Part shown: positions 33,537-38,022 of the stretch, piece by piece
How the letters are laid out: each line of letters begins with the position of its first letter
Position numbering within the stretch: the stretch's first letter is position 1
NCBI GenBank assembly: GCA_002189035.1
Contig: NEEC01000063.1
Span: 1 to 38,022 of the forward strand
Length of the DNA stretch: 38,022 nucleotides
Direction: 5' to 3'
DNA from: Utricularia gibba
Lineage: Eukaryota; Plantae; Magnoliophyta
Translations under genes and position numbers: made by a program
Notes under the pieces: generated by a model
Told to the model about the DNA's origin: nothing
Seen by the model: the letters and a program-made list of their open reading frames with translations, nothing else
The model's database searches: none

Positions 33537-34469
33537 GGTAAATATATGCAGGAATTTAGTAATTTACCTGTGTCAGATCTTCTTTTTACTTAAATGCCTG
33601 ACTTTTTTTCTTCATCAAAATGCCTGTGGCTTTATTTTTTTTTTAAAAATACCTGTTTTGTTCTAATATGTATTTTATTTATATTTATTAAAATGCATCT
33701 CTCTTATTTTTGCGTTTTGTTGGAATTATTGTTTTAATACCTATTTTATCGTGAAATATTCAAGTCATGTTTTTAATTATATCAATTAAATAAAATTTCA
33801 TCTTATTTTTCATTATAAATAAAAATTGAATGATTATGTTACATTGTATTATTTCATTTTTTAAGTTTAATTAATAGTGAGAAAAATAAAATAAATCAAT
33901 TTATGCAATGAAGTGTAATTTCTAATTATTACAGAAATTCAATATAATTTTTTTCAATTTTTTATTAACTCATTAATGTAAACAAAATCAGAATGTTTTT
34001 TTAACTTGTTTGAGTTTAATACATGATTATTTTTCTTTTCCAAATATCTAATTACAAAATGATATAAAAATCATTAAATCATTGAGAATGATGTGGGATG
34101 GATGATAATGGCGTGACTTGTAGCAGTAGAGATGAGGTGGCGTTCATTGTGAATCTTTTGTTACTGGGTCAAATCTCATGTAGTGTGATTGGTTTAGTCA
34201 ATGATTTTATGATTTGTATAAATTTATGAAATTTAAATATATTTTTATTTGAAATAAAAGTTTATTTATTGGTAAAAATAATTCAATGTAAAAAAACTTC
34301 AATTATTTTAATAATAATGAATTTATGTAAAAAAAACCACATGTATTTTAGTAACAATGTGATCAAATACAGGTATTTTAATAATTATAAAAAATTAACA
34401 GACATTTCATTAAAAATATTTACTGACACAGGCTTTTTGATAAAAAGGCCTAAATATATGTCAATTTCC
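33537..34469. mobile_element. Degenerate AT-rich foldback / MULE-like non-autonomous element
   Basis: Left arm (CCTGTGTCAG, then repeated AAAT[A/G]CCTG) is the inverse of the right arm (CAGGTATTTT...CAGACATTT...CTGACACAGG). Ends GGTAAAT / AATTTCC. No matching 9-bp TSD. Confidence 0.5.
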
Positions 34470-34672
34470 ATCTAAAAATAGCAAGTTTATTGCATTTTTT
34501 TCTTATTAAAAAAAGTTGAATATTCCGTGGAATCGACTCTGCGTTCACAGCACAACTGTTTTTGAGTACCGAATTGAAACGAACAAATTACAGCAGACTC
34601 GAAGACTAAAGCAGATAGCGGGAGTTTGGTTGTCCAAGAGACAGATCACAGAGATGGGAGGCAATGCCTGGA

Positions 34673-36108
34673 TCAGAAGTGAGCTAAGCTGTAGACTACG
34701 ATCCAAGCTAGCTGAACAGAAAATGGAGGTGGTGGCTGTTAGGAGAGCTGGGGCGATGGAGATGGTATACAGGGGAAGTGGGAACGTACCAGGAACAAGG
34801 AGATTGAGGCGAAGAGGCCCTCTTGGAGTAAAGCTCCATGGCCGCCGAATTCTTCTTCGTCAACTTTCAAGATGCCGGCGTAGTAGCCGTAAATGACACC
34901 GGTGGACAACACTAAAAACCTGTGTTTGGAAAAGCAAACGGGGGTTATTCAAGGTAAAGGGTGATAAGTGACTCTAGATGTATTCTGCTTATTTTCCTGC
35001 AGTAAACTTCTCATATACAGTGCTTAGTATACATCCTTCCACTCACAGTATCGTATACCCTTCTAGTCTGCTCTACTTGTTCCACTCACAGTTTCATATA
35101 ACCTTCTAGTATACATTCTTCAACAGCCCATACAATAACAACTCCCCTGTCTATCCAAATAGAAGTAGAAAGGGGCTCAGTTCTCTTCTCTTTTCACCAT
35201 TCTCATCACAGGAAGGAAGTTTTCGGAACAACAACTATAACAGAAAAAGAGATTTACTCTAATGATCTATGTTTCGCTGTAGGATCACTTGGAATATTGT
35301 TTCCTATGATGGTCACCATGTTAAGCCTAAAGACTGAACGAGGTTCTTAATCCTTTGGTTTTGCACATACCATTATCGAAATTCTCGCTAATTCCTCCAT
35401 CTTACTTCACATCGCTTCCTTGATACCGTTCCATATAGCATGTTATCTTATCTTATACCACTAGCAACTTTAATTCTCACAGTTCCTTTTGGATGGATGC
35501 CTCCAACAGCTAAGAAAAATGAAAAAAATGAGCGGAAATTCAAAGAAAATTGACTCACAAAATAAACCAAAAGCCTCCAACCAAAGGAACTGCACCCCAT
35601 AGTAATCCACACACAAGGGCTAACGCTTGTCTAATCCAGTGCAATACATCCCCTAGTTGATCCTGAAAAAAATATGAAAACTTCAACTGAGGATGAGTAT
35701 ATCCTACACAAAATTCGACTAAAAAAAGAGAGAAACGGGCAGCAAACAAAAGCTCCAATGGTGAAGATTGAAAGCCACAATTAGTAAAACCAAACCAGGA
35801 TATCCATTAAAAGAAATAGCACAAGCGACAACTTCTCTATATAAAGAATCCTTTCATTGCTCCCTTCTACGGTTCCACGCATTCTTCCGGCCAGTAAAAT
35901 CAAATCCAAGCTAAGGAATTCCCAATCAATGCCTCGCGAACGAAAATAAACATGACCCAAGATGGAAAGAAAGCCAACGTTTTCTCTTTACCTTATCCCA
36001 CGAAGCATTAGGATCCAATAACTTGCCAATCTTGAACGGAATCAAATGTCCATTAGCATGGTCTTGCTGCTGTTGGCTATTCAATTTCGAAGATTTCCTT
36101 TCTCTCAT
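34673..36108 (-). CDS. Rab5-interacting family membrane protein (RAB5IF-like), 129 aa
   Basis: Exons 36108-35992, 35662-35559, 34919-34790, 34711-34673, phase-consistent. Product ...WDKDQLGDVLHWIRQALALVCGLLWGAVPLVG...YGYYAGILKVDEEEFGGHGALLQEGLFASISLFLLAWIVVYSLAHF*. Confidence 0.9.
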
Positions 36109-36288
36109 CTAACTTTACCCTCAAAAAACAAGCACAGTCTCCTCGATACTCGCGCCCCACCGGAGATTAATCAGGTTATCGGAAATGTGCAACGGAGGTT
36201 GGGCGCTCTTTGGAGTCGCCGATCTGCCGAAACCACACTTGAGTCCCTGCGTCTTGACTTCAAAGCAGGCCCTTAACGGGCCGGACAT

Positions 36289-36298
36289 ATGGGCCCAT
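36289..36298. promoter_or_regulatory. Palindromic double site II element (ATGGGCCCAT) in a shared divergent promoter
   Basis: TGGGCC on both strands, with nearby GGCCC and GGGCC, between the head-to-head Rab5ip and CBSX3 genes. Confidence 0.55.
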
Positions 36299-36930
36299 TA
36301 ATTAACTGCTAGAAAATTCTTAGTTTCATTTCAAATGACAAAGACAGCCCAGTCTTTCCTTTCGATAAATGTCGTCGTCTACAGAAAAAGTAGGATAAGT
36401 GTTTAAGGTTAGGGTGCTCTTCTGAAGCCGGGAAGGTCAAACTCGCTGTATCTTCACTTCCATTGTTGAAAATACTTGATCTTTTGGGTAGGGGAAAGGT
36501 TCCCGATCGGTTCTTGTAGTCGGTTGCACATGTGTATTTTGTGGGAACTTTGAAATGGGAGAAAAAATTATTTGGGAAGGTCCAGATCAATATGATTCTT
36601 GGAAGTTGATCTCCTCTCTTTTTGTAGAAAAGTTGGATAGGTTTTTGCGTAGTGTTCTTCTTTGATTCTGAAGGCATTGCTGTTCTGTTTTCTCGATGAG
36701 TGTAAAGTGTAAAATACTTGTTTACACGGGTTTTTTCTTTAATGGGTTCGAGATCCCCTCGAATTCTGATTCTTAAACTTCGGTTGTTTGTTTTAATAAT
36801 CAGGGAGATGTTATAGTTGTTTTTCCATGTTGGGTTATATATGATGTATGCGTATGCTTTGTGGGAGCTGGTGTAATCGTACTGTTTGGCTTCTTGAAAA
36901 TCACTGACAGGCTCTTTTGCTACAGAAAAG

Positions 36931-38022
36931 ATGCAAGGAGTTCAAGCCATTTTGTCGAATGGGAATGTTTTGAAGAATGCTGTCTTGCGCCATATCCGCC
37001 TGATTCCTGCCGCTGTTGCTACTCGTTCGCCTCCTTTTGCCCGCTTTGAATCCACCTCCACTGCGGCGAAAATTGAGGAGCATGGATTTGAGAGCACCAA
37101 GATATCTGATGTTTTGAAAGACAAAGGGAAAAATGCCGATGGCTCTTGGCTTTGGTGCACAACAGAAGACACTGTTTATGATGCCGTGAAATCTGTATTG
37201 GCTTATTTTTCTTGATATGAACTCCATTTGAGTTTTTGTTCTCCGTGTCGCTGCCTTGACTACATTCTTGTACTGCAGATGACACAGCACAACGTTGGTG
37301 CTCTTGTGGTGGTTAAGCCTGGGAGCAGAAAGCAATTGCTGGAATTATCACAGAGAGAGGTATTCCTTTCTCATTTCTAATCTTTTAATTAGATCAAATT
37401 GTGTTTGTTTTCATCTTTATCTCTTTATGCATATCTCCCGAGAGTCTATCTATGACTAGAAATGAACTTGGTCTGAGATGGAATTCATTCTTTTCTTGGG
37501 GAAAATTTATCAGGGGCAACCTTGATTTTTCTATCTTTTTATGCTATGAGTTAATGGACTGGTATTTGCTGTATCGGTATGGATTACGAATGTTTCCGGT
37601 GATTCTACCAAATGGTTTGACCGCATGTCCCATCTAGTTTATTTAGTCTTTGCTGATGACATTATCAGTAGAAATCCTTTCGTTGGATTAGTTTCACTCG
37701 AGCTTGTTTATGGGGTTGTGCACTGTGTGAGGGTTGATGACATTTGTTACTTGGACAGATTATCTTAGGAAGATCATTGTTCAGGGGAGATCATCGAAGG
37801 CCACAAAAGTTGGGGACATCATGACTGAGGAGGTAACTATATACTTTTAAATTGTTCTATAGCATTCTAAGAAAAATAGTCTGATGGATCCTCATCAATT
37901 GCAGAACAAGCTGATCACAGTTGACCCAGATACTAAAGTTCTTAAGGCAATGCAATTAATGACAGGTTCTGCTAGTCGTGAAAAAACTTTTGCCAACTTC
38001 AACTCCTCTTTGGGTTCTCTCT
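36931..38022 (+). CDS. CBSX3: CBS domain-containing protein CBSX3-like (mitochondrial), 3' part outside window; apparent -1 frameshift at ~37321-37323
   Basis: Exons 36931-37194, 37279-37359, 37759-37832, 37905-37965, continuing beyond the window. Presequence-like N-terminus, then EEHGFESTKISDVL, DGSWLWCTTEDTVYDAVKSMTQHNVGALVVVKPG, GIITERDYLRKIIVQGRSSK, NKLITVDPDTKVLKAMQLMT. Confidence 0.92.

Noticed and set aside
326-37323. Calling AP2, ALY, FDM, GRAS and CBSX3 pseudogenes, or programmed frameshifting
   Set aside because: All lesions are -1 and homopolymer-compatible, with no other decay and no slippery-heptamer/pseudoknot context seen. Sequencing error is more parsimonious, pending reads.
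1-38022. A functionally coherent novel gene cluster or system (two E3 ligases, an RdDM factor, TFs, mitochondrial proteins)
   Set aside because: The genes belong to unrelated, well-known housekeeping and regulatory families. Nothing in the sequence links them beyond adjacency.
1-38022. Species assignment (short introns and dense genes suggest a compact-genome eudicot)
   Set aside because: Cannot be established from this window without a database search.

Overview
Plant (eudicot-like) nuclear genomic DNA with short introns (mostly about 60-150 nt) and 11 recognisable protein-coding genes. In order: AP2-domain TF (SMOS1/At2g41710-like, runs off the left edge), ACR9-like ACT protein, ALY/THO4, PUB13-like U-box/ARM E3, XBAT31-like ankyrin-RING E3, TIM9-like, DUF506, FDM/IDN2-like zf-XS/XS/XH, LISCL (SCL14-like) GRAS, Rab5-interacting/RAB5IF-like, and CBSX3-like (runs off the right edge). 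Between XBAT31 and TIM9 lies a gene-free repeat block of about 11 kb (13.7-24.7 kb). It holds hAT-type MITEs with 8-bp TSDs, two related LTR-like copies, a decayed spliced retroelement accessory ORF, three copies of a nested foldback element, and a duplicated XBAT31 3' end that brackets the block. Five genes carry six single-base (-1) frameshifts, all explicable as shortened homopolymers; I interpret these as probable long-read consensus errors rather than pseudogenes. The most unusual signal is that the inner hairpin arm of the foldback element reads as a decayed RING-HC half-domain in all three copies. This could be a gene-fragment-derived inverted repeat able to make small RNAs, but it is an inference that needs alignment and small-RNA data. 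All family assignments come from recalled motifs, with no database search, and I cannot claim a demonstrated new system.
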